A stretch of 64,000 bases of DNA from positions 32,001 to 96,000 of the forward strand of contig JBDRNC010000018.1 of NCBI GenBank assembly GCA_043811535.1. The letters are read 5' to 3'. The position numbers and the translations under genes are program-made. Shown piece by piece: positions 1 through 9,608 of the stretch (positions are counted from its first letter, which is position 1; each line of letters starts with the position of its first letter). This DNA is from Elusimicrobiota bacterium. Its GTDB lineage: Bacteria > Elusimicrobiota > Endomicrobiia > Endomicrobiales > JBDRNC01. The notes beneath the pieces are model-generated. The model saw only the letters and a list, made by a program, of their open reading frames with translations. It was not told the DNA's origin and did not search any database.

Positions 1-276
1 CCCTACCAGGGCCCCGACACTGTTCCCTATTATCATGTCCACTGGAAGTTTTTCTTCATCGAGGACTTTCAGCACCCCTATGTGGGCAAGCCCCCTGGCG
101 CCGCCGCCGCCGAGCACAAGCGCTATCCTCGGCCTGTGAGGAGGCGCAAGCTCGATAAACCGCTGCCACAGGTAATTTGTCAGGAAGGTTTCCTGGTCCA
201 AGCAACGCGCGGGAGTGTAAATTGACATGGAGAGAATTATCAGGAGAGATGTTTTGAAGAAGTGTTTAGTTTTCAT
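1..276 (-). CDS. Patatin-like phospholipase, 5' part (runs off window start; alternative ATG at 285)
   Basis: Manual translation gives a signal peptide then [25 protein letters not shown]...[11 protein letters not shown], i.e. the glycine-rich loop and GxSxG nucleophile motif. Confidence 0.9.
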   Translation of the reverse strand, partial: MKTKHFFKTSLLIILSMSIYTPARCLDQETFLTNYLWQRFIELAPPHRPRIALVLGGGGARGLAHIGVLKVLDEEKLPVDMIIGNSVGALVG

Positions 277-407
277 GAAATTCATGGTCAAATGGTTAAA
301 TGGCTATATGGCTAAATAATTAAATTGTCGAATTGCTAAATGGTAAACTTGCTAAACGACATTGGCTGTACAGCCATTTGGCAATTTAGCCGTTTAGCCA
401 TTAATTA

Positions 408-1571
408 TTATTTGAGCGGTCCGCCGATTGACCATTCCAGGTCCGCGTGGCTTGAAAGCAGCTGCTGGGCTGAATCTATCCACTGGAGTTCGGCGTCCAG
501 TTTTTTTTCAGATTCAAGCGATTCCGCCCGTTTTGAATTTTGAATGGATTCCCTGCTTTTCCAGAAGTTATAATCCAGCAGCGCCTGCCGCACGTCAAGA
601 TTGACCTGATCCTGTATGTCGGCCCTGCGTATCTTGCTTTCCTCTTCCTGGTGCCTCCGCTGCCTTGTCCTGGCCAGAGAGGCCCACCCGTCAAAAATTG
701 GGAAATTCATGTTTATAGTCGCGTTCCAGTTCCTTTCTTCGAGAGGGAACGCGCCGCCGGCCCATTCATAGTTCGCTCCGAGGCTTATCGTCGCTTTGCG
801 CTCTATCTGCGTAAGATTCACCTGAAGTGTGTTTATGGCTTCCTGGAACTGCGTCTGCCTGAGTTCAGGCCTGTGCTGAATGGCCCACGCGAGGCACTTG
901 TTAAGGTCATATTCGCCTTCGGGGGCTTTCAGCGCGCCTTGCACGTCTATCAACGTCGTGAGTTCAAGGCCCATGATTTCAAGAAAATAGAGTTTCTTCT
1001 TTTCATATTCGTATTTCGCCCTGGCCAGTTCCGCGCGTGCTTTTTCCTGAGCCGATCCTTTAATGTTTTCGTAAATTCCTATTTTTTCCTTCGCCACAAG
1101 CAGGGAATAGAATGCTTTCCGCACTTCCCTGATCCTCTTGTTCCTGATAACTTCCGCCTGCGCCTGCGCCTGCGAAAGGTTTTTCTCAGCCAGTTCAAGG
1201 TTTGTTGAATACCTCCCGCCGGCGTAAAGATACTGCCAAAGCGAAAACCTGGTGGAATAATAATTATCGTTGCTTCCGGGCGGAAGGTACAGCGAGCCGA
1301 AAGTCGGCGCCAGCACCGTAGGAAAATCGCTCTGGAACTGCGACGCGCTGAAATTCAGGTCTATCTTCGGATAAATGAGCGCTTTTGACTCCTTTACCCT
1401 TTGCTCGGCGATATACACCTGCTCCTGCGCTATCATGATCTCCTGACTGATCTGCATCGCAGTCGTGATGCTCTCCTCAAGCGACAGCGTGCGCTCGACG
1501 GGCCCGGAAAAGACGGAAGACGGAAGAAGGAAGATGGAAATTAAAACGGCAAAAAACAATAATTTTTTCAT
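408..1571 (-). CDS. TolC-family outer membrane efflux protein
   Basis: Signal peptide; LSLEESI..A, YPKIDL and NFPIFDG motifs; helical repeats typical of the OEP family. Confidence 0.85.
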   Translation of the reverse strand: MKKLLFFAVLISIFLLPSSVFSGPVERTLSLEESITTAMQISQEIMIAQEQVYIAEQRVKESKALIYPKIDLNFSASQFQSDFPTVLAPTFGSLYLPPGSNDNYYSTRFSLWQYLYAGGRYSTNLELAEKNLSQAQAQAEVIRNKRIREVRKAFYSLLVAKEKIGIYENIKGSAQEKARAELARAKYEYEKKKLYFLEIMGLELTTLIDVQGALKAPEGEYDLNKCLAWAIQHRPELRQTQFQEAINTLQVNLTQIERKATISLGANYEWAGGAFPLEERNWNATINMNFPIFDGWASLARTRQRRHQEEESKIRRADIQDQVNLDVRQALLDYNFWKSRESIQNSKRAESLESEKKLDAELQWIDSAQQLLSSHADLEWSIGGPLK

Positions 1572-2896
1572 TTTAGTATTTGTTTGAACGCCTTGATCTG
1601 TTTTTCCACGGAAGACGGTGACGTGCCGCCTTCTGAAGATTTCGCTTTCACTATATTTTCAGGATGCAGAAGCCGTCTGACATCCGGGTTGAACTTGGAT
1701 GAGAATCCTGCAAGCTCAGACGGCCTTAGGTCCTCAAGCCTCTTGCCTGACTTCGCGCAGTGTTTGACTATGCCCGCGACTATTCCGTGCGCCTGCCTGA
1801 AAGGTATCCCCTTCTTCGTGAGATAATCCGCGAGTTCGGTCGCTTCCATATACCCGTGTTCCGTCGCCGTAAACATCCTTGTCTTGTTGATTTTTAAAGT
1901 TCCGACGAGCGGTGTCATGACCTCAAGACAGTCCTTAACCGTATCTATCGCGTCAAAAACAGGCGGCTTATCCTCCTGCATATCGCTGTTATACGTGAGC
2001 GGCAGGCCTTTCATAATAGTAAGCAGCGCCGCCAGCGAGCCGAACACCCTGCCTGTTTTTCCCCTTACAAGCTCAAGCACGTCCGGGTTCCTTTTTTGCG
2101 GCATTATCGAGGATCCCGTCGTAAACTCGTCGTGTATCCTCACGAACGCGAACTCCCAGCTCTGCCAGATGATAAGCTGTTCCGAAAGCCGTGAAAGGTG
2201 CATTGATATTATGCTCAGCGCGGACAGCGTTTCTATCATGAAGTCCCTGTCGCTGACGGCATCCATGGAATTTTCGGTGACCGAACAGAAACCGAGCAGC
2301 TTCGCGATATATTTTCTGTCTATCGGGAATGATGTCCCGGCAAGCGCGGCGCTTCCGAGAGGCATCACGTTTACCCTTTTAAGGCAATCCGAGAGCCGTT
2401 CGGCATCCCGCTGAAGCATCCAAGCGAAAGAGAGAAGCGCGTGGGCGAAAAGCACGGGCTGGGCCGGCTGCAGATGAGTGTAGCCGGGCATGACGGCGTC
2501 CTTATTGACTTCGGAAACAGTGACGAGCGCCCTCTGAAACTCCCTGACAAGGCCGTAAATGTTGATGATTTCATCCCTTACGTACAATCTGACATCAAGA
2601 GCTATCTGGTCATTCCTGCTCCGGGCGGTATGAAGCTTGCCGCCTACCGGGCCGATCCTTCTAATAAGTTCTGCTTCCACCGTGAAGTGGACATCGTCCC
2701 CGAGCCGGATCTTCTTCCCTCTCAGAATGTCCGACTTGATGGACTCGAGCCCTCTTATGATCTTCCTGCCTTCCGCCGCGGGAATGATCCGGCACTTGGC
2801 AAGCATCTTTGCGTGCGCGATCGAACCGATAATGTCGTACTCGACCAGCCGCATGTCAAAAGATACCGAAGCGACAAAATCCCTTATGCTTTTCAT
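1568..2896 (-). CDS. argH: Argininosuccinate lyase
   Basis: LHTARSRNDQ, MPGYTHLQ.AQP, GSSIMPQKRNP signature. Confidence 0.97.
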   Translation of the reverse strand: MKSIRDFVASVSFDMRLVEYDIIGSIAHAKMLAKCRIIPAAEGRKIIRGLESIKSDILRGKKIRLGDDVHFTVEAELIRRIGPVGGKLHTARSRNDQIALDVRLYVRDEIINIYGLVREFQRALVTVSEVNKDAVMPGYTHLQPAQPVLFAHALLSFAWMLQRDAERLSDCLKRVNVMPLGSAALAGTSFPIDRKYIAKLLGFCSVTENSMDAVSDRDFMIETLSALSIISMHLSRLSEQLIIWQSWEFAFVRIHDEFTTGSSIMPQKRNPDVLELVRGKTGRVFGSLAALLTIMKGLPLTYNSDMQEDKPPVFDAIDTVKDCLEVMTPLVGTLKINKTRMFTATEHGYMEATELADYLTKKGIPFRQAHGIVAGIVKHCAKSGKRLEDLRPSELAGFSSKFNPDVRRLLHPENIVKAKSSEGGTSPSSVEKQIKAFKQILK

Positions 2897-2917
2897 TTTT
2901 ATCCCTTTATTTTGGAT

Positions 2918-3025
2918 ACCAGACTAAAGTCCGGCCTACTTTGTTCTGTTGCGAAGTTGAAACCCATCCTACAATAGGTTTTTAGTAATTGTATTTGGTA
3001 GACCGGCACTTAAGTGCCGGTCTAC
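2918..3025. repeat. REP-like palindrome pair (palindrome-CTAC ... GTAG-palindrome)
   Basis: ACCAGACTAAAGTCCGGCCTAC at 2918-2939 and a perfect 28-bp palindrome GTAGACCGGCACTTAAGTGCCGGTCTAC at 2998-3025; the latter recurs at 5493-5520. Confidence 0.75.
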
Positions 3026-3048
3026 TGCTTACTCGCCCACTCGCCTAC

Positions 3049-4263
3049 TTACTTTCTCGCTCTCTTTTTATCTAATATCGCCTTGACCTTTACCGGAAGG
3101 CCGAAAAGATTAATGAATCCCTCCGCGTCCTTCTGGTTGTAGATCTGCTCACTGCTGAACGTGGCAAGTTTTTCCCAGTAAAGCGAATAGGGGGATTTCC
3201 TTGACGCCACTATGATATTGCCTTTATAGAGTTTTAGTTTTACCGAGCCGGTCACCCTTTTCTGCGTTTCGTTCACGAAGGCGTCAAGCGCTTCTTTCTG
3301 CGGCGTGAACCAGAGGCCGTAATACGCGATTTCCGCGTATTTCTCGGCCACGAGCCGCTTGTAGTGGAGCGTTTCCCTGTCCAGCGTCAGCGATTCAAGT
3401 TCCGAGTGAGCGAAATGCAGCACCGTCCCGGCCGGCGTCTCGTAAACGCCCCTTGATTTCATCCCTACGAGCCGGTTCTCAACTACGTCCGCCCTGCCGA
3501 TGCCGTTTGCGCCCGCTATTTTATTGAGTTTTTCAAAAAGCTCTACGGGCCCGGTCTTTTTTCCGTTCAACCCGACCGGAATCCCTTTTTTGAATTCAAG
3601 CGTGACATAAACCGGCCTGTTCGGCGCCTTTTGCGGGGAAACCGTCATCTGGAACATCGATTCGTCGTACTCGTTCTCAAGATTTTCCAGGACTCCGCCC
3701 TCGTAGGATATATGAAGCAGATTAGCGTCCGATGAATACGGCTTCGCTTTGGTGACCGGAACGGGTATTCCGTGCTCCTTGGCGTAATCTATCTCGTCTT
3801 CCCTTGACTTGAGTTCCCATTCCCGCCAGGGAGCGATGATTTTAAGCTCCGGCATCAGAGCTTTAAAAGTCAATTCAAACCTGACCTGGTCGTTCCCTTT
3901 CCCGGTGGCGCCGTGCGCGACCGCGTCCGCCTTCTCTTTCCTGGCGACCTCGACTATTTTCTGCGCGATGATGGGCCTTGCCAGCGACGTACCGAGCATG
4001 TACTTGCCTTCATAAATCGCGCCCGCCTTTATCGCCGGGAATATGTAATCCGTCACGAACTCTTCCCTGGCATCTATGACGTACGCCTTGTCAGCGCCGG
4101 TCCTGAGCGCCTTGGCTTTCAGGCCAGACAATTCCTTGCCCTGCCCGACGTCCACAGCGCAGGCAATTATCTCCGCGCCGTACTTTTCCTTGAGCCATTT
4201 GAGTATCACCGACGTGTCCAGCCCGCCGGAATAAGCCACTACGATCTTTTTTATTTCTGACAT
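3049..4263 (-). CDS. argG: Argininosuccinate synthase
   Basis: [30 protein letters not shown] motifs. Confidence 0.98.
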   Translation of the reverse strand: MSEIKKIVVAYSGGLDTSVILKWLKEKYGAEIIACAVDVGQGKELSGLKAKALRTGADKAYVIDAREEFVTDYIFPAIKAGAIYEGKYMLGTSLARPIIAQKIVEVARKEKADAVAHGATGKGNDQVRFELTFKALMPELKIIAPWREWELKSREDEIDYAKEHGIPVPVTKAKPYSSDANLLHISYEGGVLENLENEYDESMFQMTVSPQKAPNRPVYVTLEFKKGIPVGLNGKKTGPVELFEKLNKIAGANGIGRADVVENRLVGMKSRGVYETPAGTVLHFAHSELESLTLDRETLHYKRLVAEKYAEIAYYGLWFTPQKEALDAFVNETQKRVTGSVKLKLYKGNIIVASRKSPYSLYWEKLATFSSEQIYNQKDAEGFINLFGLPVKVKAILDKKRARK

Positions 4264-5426
4264 TTTAGCGCTTCCTCCAGTATGTTTACGGCCGTGTCAA
4301 CATCCTCTTTGTCTATGATAAAAGGAGGCAGGAATCTCAGGACCGTGTCGTGCGTACAGTTTATGAGAAGCCCCTTCTGTTGACAGAATTTTACCACATC
4401 AGCGCCGTTGAAATCAAGCTCAACGCCGAGCATGAGGCCCTCGCCCCTAACTTCCTTTATGCACGCGAATTTTGTCTTCAGGGCTTCCAGCTTCCATTTA
4501 AAATACCTTCCCGTTTTCTTTACCTTCTGCAGGAGCTTGGGCGTGACAAGCCTCAGGTACTCGACGGCCGCGGCGCAAGCCACGGGGTTGCCGCCGAACG
4601 TCGTGCCGTGCTCTCCCGCTATCAGCGCGAGAGCTACGCTGTCTTTCGCCACGGTGGCGGCAAGCGGGAGCCCCCCTCCCAAACTTTTCGCCACGGTTAT
4701 TATGTCGGGTGTTATCCCGGCCGACTCGTAGGCGAACATCTCGCCCGTTCTGCCGAGTCCGCACTGGATCTCGTCGCAGATAAGCAGGAGTTTTTTCTGG
4801 TCGCACAGCGTCCGGAGCGATTTCATGAACCCCGGAGTCGCGCAGTGTATTCCGCCTTCGCCCTGTATCGGCTCCAGCATCACGGCGACTGTCTTCTCCG
4901 TGACGGCTGACTTGACCGAATCTATGTCATTGAACTCGGCGTACTTGAATCCTTCCAGCCATGGTTCAAATCCCTTCTTCAGTTTTTCCTGGGATGTCGC
5001 GGATATCGTGGCTATGGTCCTGCCGTGGAAACAATTATTGAAGGTGATTATCTCATACCTTCCGCCGCTGGCGCTTCCCCACTTCCGCGCGAGTTTTATC
5101 GCGCACTCGCACGCTTCAGCGCCGGAATTTGACAGGAAAACCCTGCCGGCGAACGACTTTTTTACCAGTTCCTCCGCAAGTTTTACCTGCGGGGCCGCGT
5201 AATAGTAATTTGAAACGTGCATGTATTTCCCGCACTGTTTCCTTATCGCGGCCATTATCCTTGGATGGCAGTGCCCCATGTTGGCCACGCTTATCCCCGT
5301 GAAGAAATCAAGATGCCTTTCCCCGTCGTCATCCCACACGTACTTGCCCTTCGCCTTGTCCACTACCAGTTCGTGCCGTTTATACGTCTGAAAGACGTAT
5401 TCCTTTTCCTTGCTTATTATATTCAT
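4251..5426 (-). CDS. argD: Acetylornithine aminotransferase
   Basis: Class III PLP aminotransferase motifs ([40 protein letters not shown]); located in the arg cluster. Confidence 0.93.
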   Translation of the reverse strand: MNIISKEKEYVFQTYKRHELVVDKAKGKYVWDDDGERHLDFFTGISVANMGHCHPRIMAAIRKQCGKYMHVSNYYYAAPQVKLAEELVKKSFAGRVFLSNSGAEACECAIKLARKWGSASGGRYEIITFNNCFHGRTIATISATSQEKLKKGFEPWLEGFKYAEFNDIDSVKSAVTEKTVAVMLEPIQGEGGIHCATPGFMKSLRTLCDQKKLLLICDEIQCGLGRTGEMFAYESAGITPDIITVAKSLGGGLPLAATVAKDSVALALIAGEHGTTFGGNPVACAAAVEYLRLVTPKLLQKVKKTGRYFKWKLEALKTKFACIKEVRGEGLMLGVELDFNGADVVKFCQQKGLLINCTHDTVLRFLPPFIIDKEDVDTAVNILEEALKCQK

Positions 5427-5447
5427 CGTATTCTCCGCAATATTGTT

Positions 5448-5520
5448 CCCCCGATTGAAATCGGGGGCTACAAAGGTATTCTGCTATTCCCCGTAGACCG
5501 GCACTTAAGTGCCGGTCTGC
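5448..5520. repeat. REP-like palindrome pair
   Basis: CCCCCGATTGAAATCGGGGG-CTAC at 5448-5471 and GTAGACCGGCACTTAAGTGCCGGTCTGC at 5493-5520 (27/28 identical to 2998-3025). Confidence 0.75.
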
Positions 5521-5547
5521 TTCCGTCTCCCATCTTCCTTCTTCCGT

Positions 5548-6297
5548 CTATTTTTTAATTACTGTTCCTCGTAGACGCGAAAAGTCGGCGGTTCCGTGCG
5601 CTATCCAGACCTCTTTGACTCCGGACTTAACGGCTTTGACGCACGCCTTTATCTTTGGGACCATTCCGCCGCTGATTACTCCTTTTGAAATGAGCTTTCC
5701 CGCGGCCGATATTTTTATTTTAGGTATCATTTTCCCGTCCTTATCCAGCACGCCCTCGACATCCGTAAGCAATATGAGCTTGCCGGCTTTCAGCGCGCAA
5801 GCCACGCCCATCGCGGCCGAGTCGGCGTTGACGTTCAACGTGTGCCCTGTCCCGTCAAAACCGAGAGATGAAACTACGGGCAGAAATCTTTTTTTGAGCA
5901 GTTCATATATCAGCCCTACCCTCACGCTGACCGGTTCCCCGACAAATCCCAGGCTGGCAATTCTTTTGCATAGAATCATGCCGCCGTCCTTACCCGATAA
6001 TCCGACGGCCTTCACCCCGTGCCTGTTGAGTTCCCCTACCAGCCCCTTATTGACCTTGCCGATTAGCACCATCTCCACAATTTCCAGCGCGGGCCCGTCT
6101 GTATATCTCAGCCCCTTGACGAATTTGCTCTTGATCCCGGCTTTTTCAAGCCATTTATTTATTTCCGGGCCTCCGCCGTGCACAAGGACGACAGCCGTCT
6201 TCCTTGAAAGGGCGACAAGGTTTTTCAGGAAAGCCTTCCTCACGCTTTCGTTCCCGCTTATGCTCCCCCCGAATTTAATAACCGTTATCTTATTCAT
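5548..6297 (-). CDS. argB: Acetylglutamate kinase
   Basis: VIKFGG, VHGGGPEI, GLRYTD, NVNAD, GGMVPKI motifs. Confidence 0.96.
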   Translation of the reverse strand: MNKITVIKFGGSISGNESVRKAFLKNLVALSRKTAVVLVHGGGPEINKWLEKAGIKSKFVKGLRYTDGPALEIVEMVLIGKVNKGLVGELNRHGVKAVGLSGKDGGMILCKRIASLGFVGEPVSVRVGLIYELLKKRFLPVVSSLGFDGTGHTLNVNADSAAMGVACALKAGKLILLTDVEGVLDKDGKMIPKIKISAAGKLISKGVISGGMVPKIKACVKAVKSGVKEVWIAHGTADFSRLRGTVIKK

Positions 6298-6392
6298 TTT
6301 ATGTCAGTAATTAGCTATTAGCCCGCCGCGGCGGGGCGATTAGTGTAATGCAATGCACCGGATAACTTCAACTAATTGCTAATGGCAAATAG

Positions 6393-7160
6393 CTAATTGC
6401 CGCCTTTTTTATACTTCGGACAGCTGTTCCTCAGTTCGCAGCCCTTGCACTTGGCCAGATTGGGAGTATAGTCCTTTCGGACTATCTTGTCCGCCACGCT
6501 CGCGATTGTTTTTCGGGCCGCGGCAAGCTGTTCCCCGCTCCGCGCGGAAACCAGCTTCTGTCCGTGGGCGAGAAAATACAGCGTCAGCATTTCCGGCTCA
6601 AATCCTAAACATTCCTTGCACGCCAGCGCGTAAACGCTCAACTGAAGGTCGGAATCTATCCTGTCCTTGTTCCATATCTCGTTATGCGTCTTGTAATCTA
6701 TGACTTCGTAAGTTCCGTCGGGATGCCTGTCTATCCTGTCTATGATGCCCCTGACACTGTGCCTTCCCAGGTGAAAACTGAAATTCTTTTCCACAAAAAG
6801 TATCTCGGACTTCATGTCCCTCGCGGCGTTCCAGTAATTTTCCAGCATCCTGCAGCCCTTGTTGTAATAATCCAGCGCCTGCTGGGGTGTCGCGAAACCT
6901 TCATTCACCCAGAACTTGTCAAAACATTCCAGCAGGTCCTGGAGACCGTCGTACTTATTGGAGTGAAAGTCCTGAAGCGCGCGGTGCACACTATGGCCCA
7001 GAGAGATTGGCCCCGTCGGCTGGACGAACTTCCCGTCCTCGTAAAGCAGTTTGAACCTCATCGGGCACGTCAGATACGCGTATACCTTGGAATAACTTAC
7101 TTCGGTGCCGCCGCCCCCGAACAGCCCAAACAATCCCGCCAATAAGTTCTTAATGCTCAT
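6393..7160 (-). CDS. PD-(D/E)XK nuclease, RecB/AddB/Cas4-like, with probable 4Fe-4S cysteines
   Basis: SYS..CP near the N-terminus, GIIDRID..IDYKT, QL..YA, and C-terminal CxxC..C. Confidence 0.88.
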   Translation of the reverse strand: MSIKNLLAGLFGLFGGGGTEVSYSKVYAYLTCPMRFKLLYEDGKFVQPTGPISLGHSVHRALQDFHSNKYDGLQDLLECFDKFWVNEGFATPQQALDYYNKGCRMLENYWNAARDMKSEILFVEKNFSFHLGRHSVRGIIDRIDRHPDGTYEVIDYKTHNEIWNKDRIDSDLQLSVYALACKECLGFEPEMLTLYFLAHGQKLVSARSGEQLAAARKTIASVADKIVRKDYTPNLAKCKGCELRNSCPKYKKGGN

Positions 7161-7166
7161 TCTGCC

Positions 7167-7742
7167 CTATTCTGCCTTTCTATAAAACACGACAATCGTG
7201 TCGCCGTATTTTTCCTGCCTGAAAGCCATTAATTGAGCGGGCGCCTCGACCGGCTCCTTTATATGCCTTTGGCTTATTATCCACCCGTTATCATCCAGCA
7301 CACCTGATTCAAACACAATCTTAAGCGTGATTCCCGTAAGGTTCAGCGGCTTTTTCTGGCTATCCTTGTAGGGAGGCCCCATGTACACTATTCCGAATTT
7401 CCCGTCAAGCCACCCGAGGCCTCTCGTTATATCGTGCTGCTCGACCTTCGCCCTGCCCGTCCAGCCGAGTTCCGCAAGATTCTGCTCTATGAGTTTCGCG
7501 CAGCGCCGGTCGCCGTCCACAAAAACCGCTTTTTTCGCGCCGCGCGACAGCGCCTCGATGCCTACAGCCCCTGTTCCGGCGTAAAGGTCAAGAAAAAGCA
7601 AGCCGGGAAGCTTCGCCGCCAGTATGTCGAAAATTGATTTTTTTATCCTTCCGAGCAACGGCCTGACCGAAAGGTCGTTCTTAAAGGTCTTTATGTAGCG
7701 GCCGCCCGCTTCCCCGCCTATGATGCGTATGCCTTCAGCCAT
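7167..7742 (-). CDS. rsmD: 16S rRNA m2G966 methyltransferase
   Basis: RIIGG, LDLYAGTGAVGIEALSRGA, GPPY, YGDT motifs. Confidence 0.92.
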   Translation of the reverse strand: MAEGIRIIGGEAGGRYIKTFKNDLSVRPLLGRIKKSIFDILAAKLPGLLFLDLYAGTGAVGIEALSRGAKKAVFVDGDRRCAKLIEQNLAELGWTGRAKVEQHDITRGLGWLDGKFGIVYMGPPYKDSQKKPLNLTGITLKIVFESGVLDDNGWIISQRHIKEPVEAPAQLMAFRQEKYGDTIVVFYRKAE

Positions 7743-7832
7743 TTAGCAATCCGTATCTCGTGACTCGTATCTAGTATCTCGTAAAAATTTAACCTTTAAC
7801 GAGCCACGAACGACGAGATACGAGATACTGCC

Positions 7833-8252
7833 TCATTTTTCACCGATGACTTGTACGAAAATCTTTCTGTCTCTCGGACGGTTGTCAAGCTCTATGAATA
7901 CTATCTGCTGCCAGGTGCCCAGAACGAGTTTTCCGCCGCTGAACGGGAACGTCTTGCTTGTGCCTAAAAGAGCCGACCTTAAGTGCGAATACCCGTTCGC
8001 GTCGCCCCAGGTCGCGTCATGGGCGTAGGTTTTATTCGAAGGCACAAGTTTCTCAAGCGTGTTTTTAAGGTCGCTGACAAGTGCCGGCTCGTATTCAAGC
8101 GTCGTGACGGCGCCAGTGGAACCTATGACCGAAACCGTCGCGATGCCATCCGATAACTTGCTTTCCCGGACAACCTTTTGGATATCCTGCGTGATGTCAA
8201 TTATGTCTGTGTCGCCCGAAGTTGAAAGCCGTATTTCTTTAGCAAAAACCAT
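7833..8252 (-). CDS. yjbQ: UPF0047/YjbQ family protein
   Basis: Y.HD..WGD.NG.SHLR..LLG and LGTWQQI..IELD.RPR motifs. Confidence 0.9.
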   Translation of the reverse strand: MVFAKEIRLSTSGDTDIIDITQDIQKVVRESKLSDGIATVSVIGSTGAVTTLEYEPALVSDLKNTLEKLVPSNKTYAHDATWGDANGYSHLRSALLGTSKTFPFSGGKLVLGTWQQIVFIELDNRPRDRKIFVQVIGEK

Positions 8253-8258
8253 TGATAT

Positions 8259-8286
8259 ATTATACTTATTATTGATAAAAAGTCAA
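8259..8286 (-). promoter_or_regulatory. Sigma70-type promoter for yjbQ (probably leaderless)
   Basis: TTGACT-16bp-TATAAT, ending 6 nt before the ATG; no Shine-Dalgarno sequence. Confidence 0.7.
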
Positions 8287-8463
8287 AGTCATTTTCAGTT
8301 TTTCTGACTGCCCGAAAAGCGGAAATATTCATACCCGCGCCTTGCCGGCCTTCCCGCCGCAGTTTAACCGTTATAAAACTTCAGCTTCGACGACAATTGA
8401 TCTTCTAGCCCTTTGCACGCCAGTCGCCCGAACTGCAACTGTAAAAATATTTCATTTCCGGGC

Positions 8464-8493
8464 TTGACAAGAAGCGAAAGTTATGCTAATAAT
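8464..8493 (+). promoter_or_regulatory. Candidate sigma70 promoter for the first LacI gene
   Basis: TTGACA at 8464-8469, then TGc-TAATAA(T) at 17/18 bp spacing; palindrome GTAATTATTAC just downstream is a possible operator. Confidence 0.5.
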
Positions 8494-8567
8494 AAGGTTG
8501 CGTAATTATTACATTCGTTGCATAATTTACTCATATTATATATCACATTCATTTTTAAAGGATATTT

Positions 8568-9608
8568 ATGAAAAGAAAGAAGATTACAGTCCATTCAATC
8601 GCGAAAGAAATGGGTGTTTCTGTCGCCACAGTTTCCAGGGCATTGAACGATATGCCCCGCGTTGACAAGCGGCTTCAGCTGAAAATCAAGAATTTTGCCG
8701 AGAATATCGGCTATGACAGGTACCTGCGGTCCGCGTCTAGGAACATGAAATTCATCGTTATCATAATAGGCAGGGCCGGCGGGCACCTGATAGAGCAGAT
8801 TGGGAACGGAATTGATGACAGGCTGAGAAAGACCGGCTACTATGAGTTGCGATACCTGATAGACGAAAGAGCGGAACTTGACAGCGAGGCAAAAAAAGAG
8901 CTGTTCCTTAAAAATATCATCTCCGAAAGAGGCGTTGCCGGCGTGATGAGCGTCTTTGTCAAACTTTCCGATGTTTCAATCAACAATCTCTATAAACACA
9001 ACCTTCCGGTCGTTCTGCTAAACAATTACACGGATTTCGGCAAGTGTGTCACAATAAACAACTTCAAGGCAAGTTATAACGCGGCCAAGGCCTTTATTGA
9101 TCTCGGACGGAAAACCATCGGATGCATAATGCCCCGCGAAGAAGTGGACCAGGTCTGGACCGACAGGATTGCCGGGTACAAAACCGCTTTAAGGGAGAAC
9201 GGGCTTGAGTTCAACCCCAACCTTGTCATTCACGAAGACGACTGCGGTATGAAAGAGGCGGGCATGGCCACGAAACTCTTGCTGGACAAAAATCCCGGAA
9301 TTGACGCCATTCTCTACGGAAGCGACATACAGGCGTACGGCGGCATGAAAATGGCTATTGAACTGGGCAGAAAGATACCCGAAGATATCGCCGTTATAGG
9401 TTTTGACGACATGCAGACAAATAAAATGGTCACGCCGTCCCTGGCATCCGTCAGCCAGCCGATGCTTGAAATGGGAAAGCTCGGCATTGAAATGCTTCTA
9501 AGAAGCATTGAGAACAAGGATTTTTCCCACGAAGAAATCATTTTAAACACCGAATTGAAACTCGCCAAAAGCATCCTCGCCAATTACGAGGAAGAAAAAT
9601 GGAAATGA
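8568..9608 (+). CDS. LacI-family transcriptional regulator
   Basis: N-terminal HTH (IAKEMGVSVATVSRALN); C-terminal sugar-binding domain (IPEDIAVIGFDD, PSLASVSQP). Confidence 0.93.
   Translation: MKRKKITVHSIAKEMGVSVATVSRALNDMPRVDKRLQLKIKNFAENIGYDRYLRSASRNMKFIVIIIGRAGGHLIEQIGNGIDDRLRKTGYYELRYLIDERAELDSEAKKELFLKNIISERGVAGVMSVFVKLSDVSINNLYKHNLPVVLLNNYTDFGKCVTINNFKASYNAAKAFIDLGRKTIGCIMPREEVDQVWTDRIAGYKTALRENGLEFNPNLVIHEDDCGMKEAGMATKLLLDKNPGIDAILYGSDIQAYGGMKMAIELGRKIPEDIAVIGFDDMQTNKMVTPSLASVSQPMLEMGKLGIEMLLRSIENKDFSHEEIILNTELKLAKSILANYEEEKWK
9564..9603 (+). repeat. 40-bp direct repeat, copy 1 (3' end of lacI)
   Basis: GCCAAAAGCATCCTCGCCAATTACGAGGAAGAAAAATGGA; 38/40 identical to 13022-13061. Confidence 0.95.
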
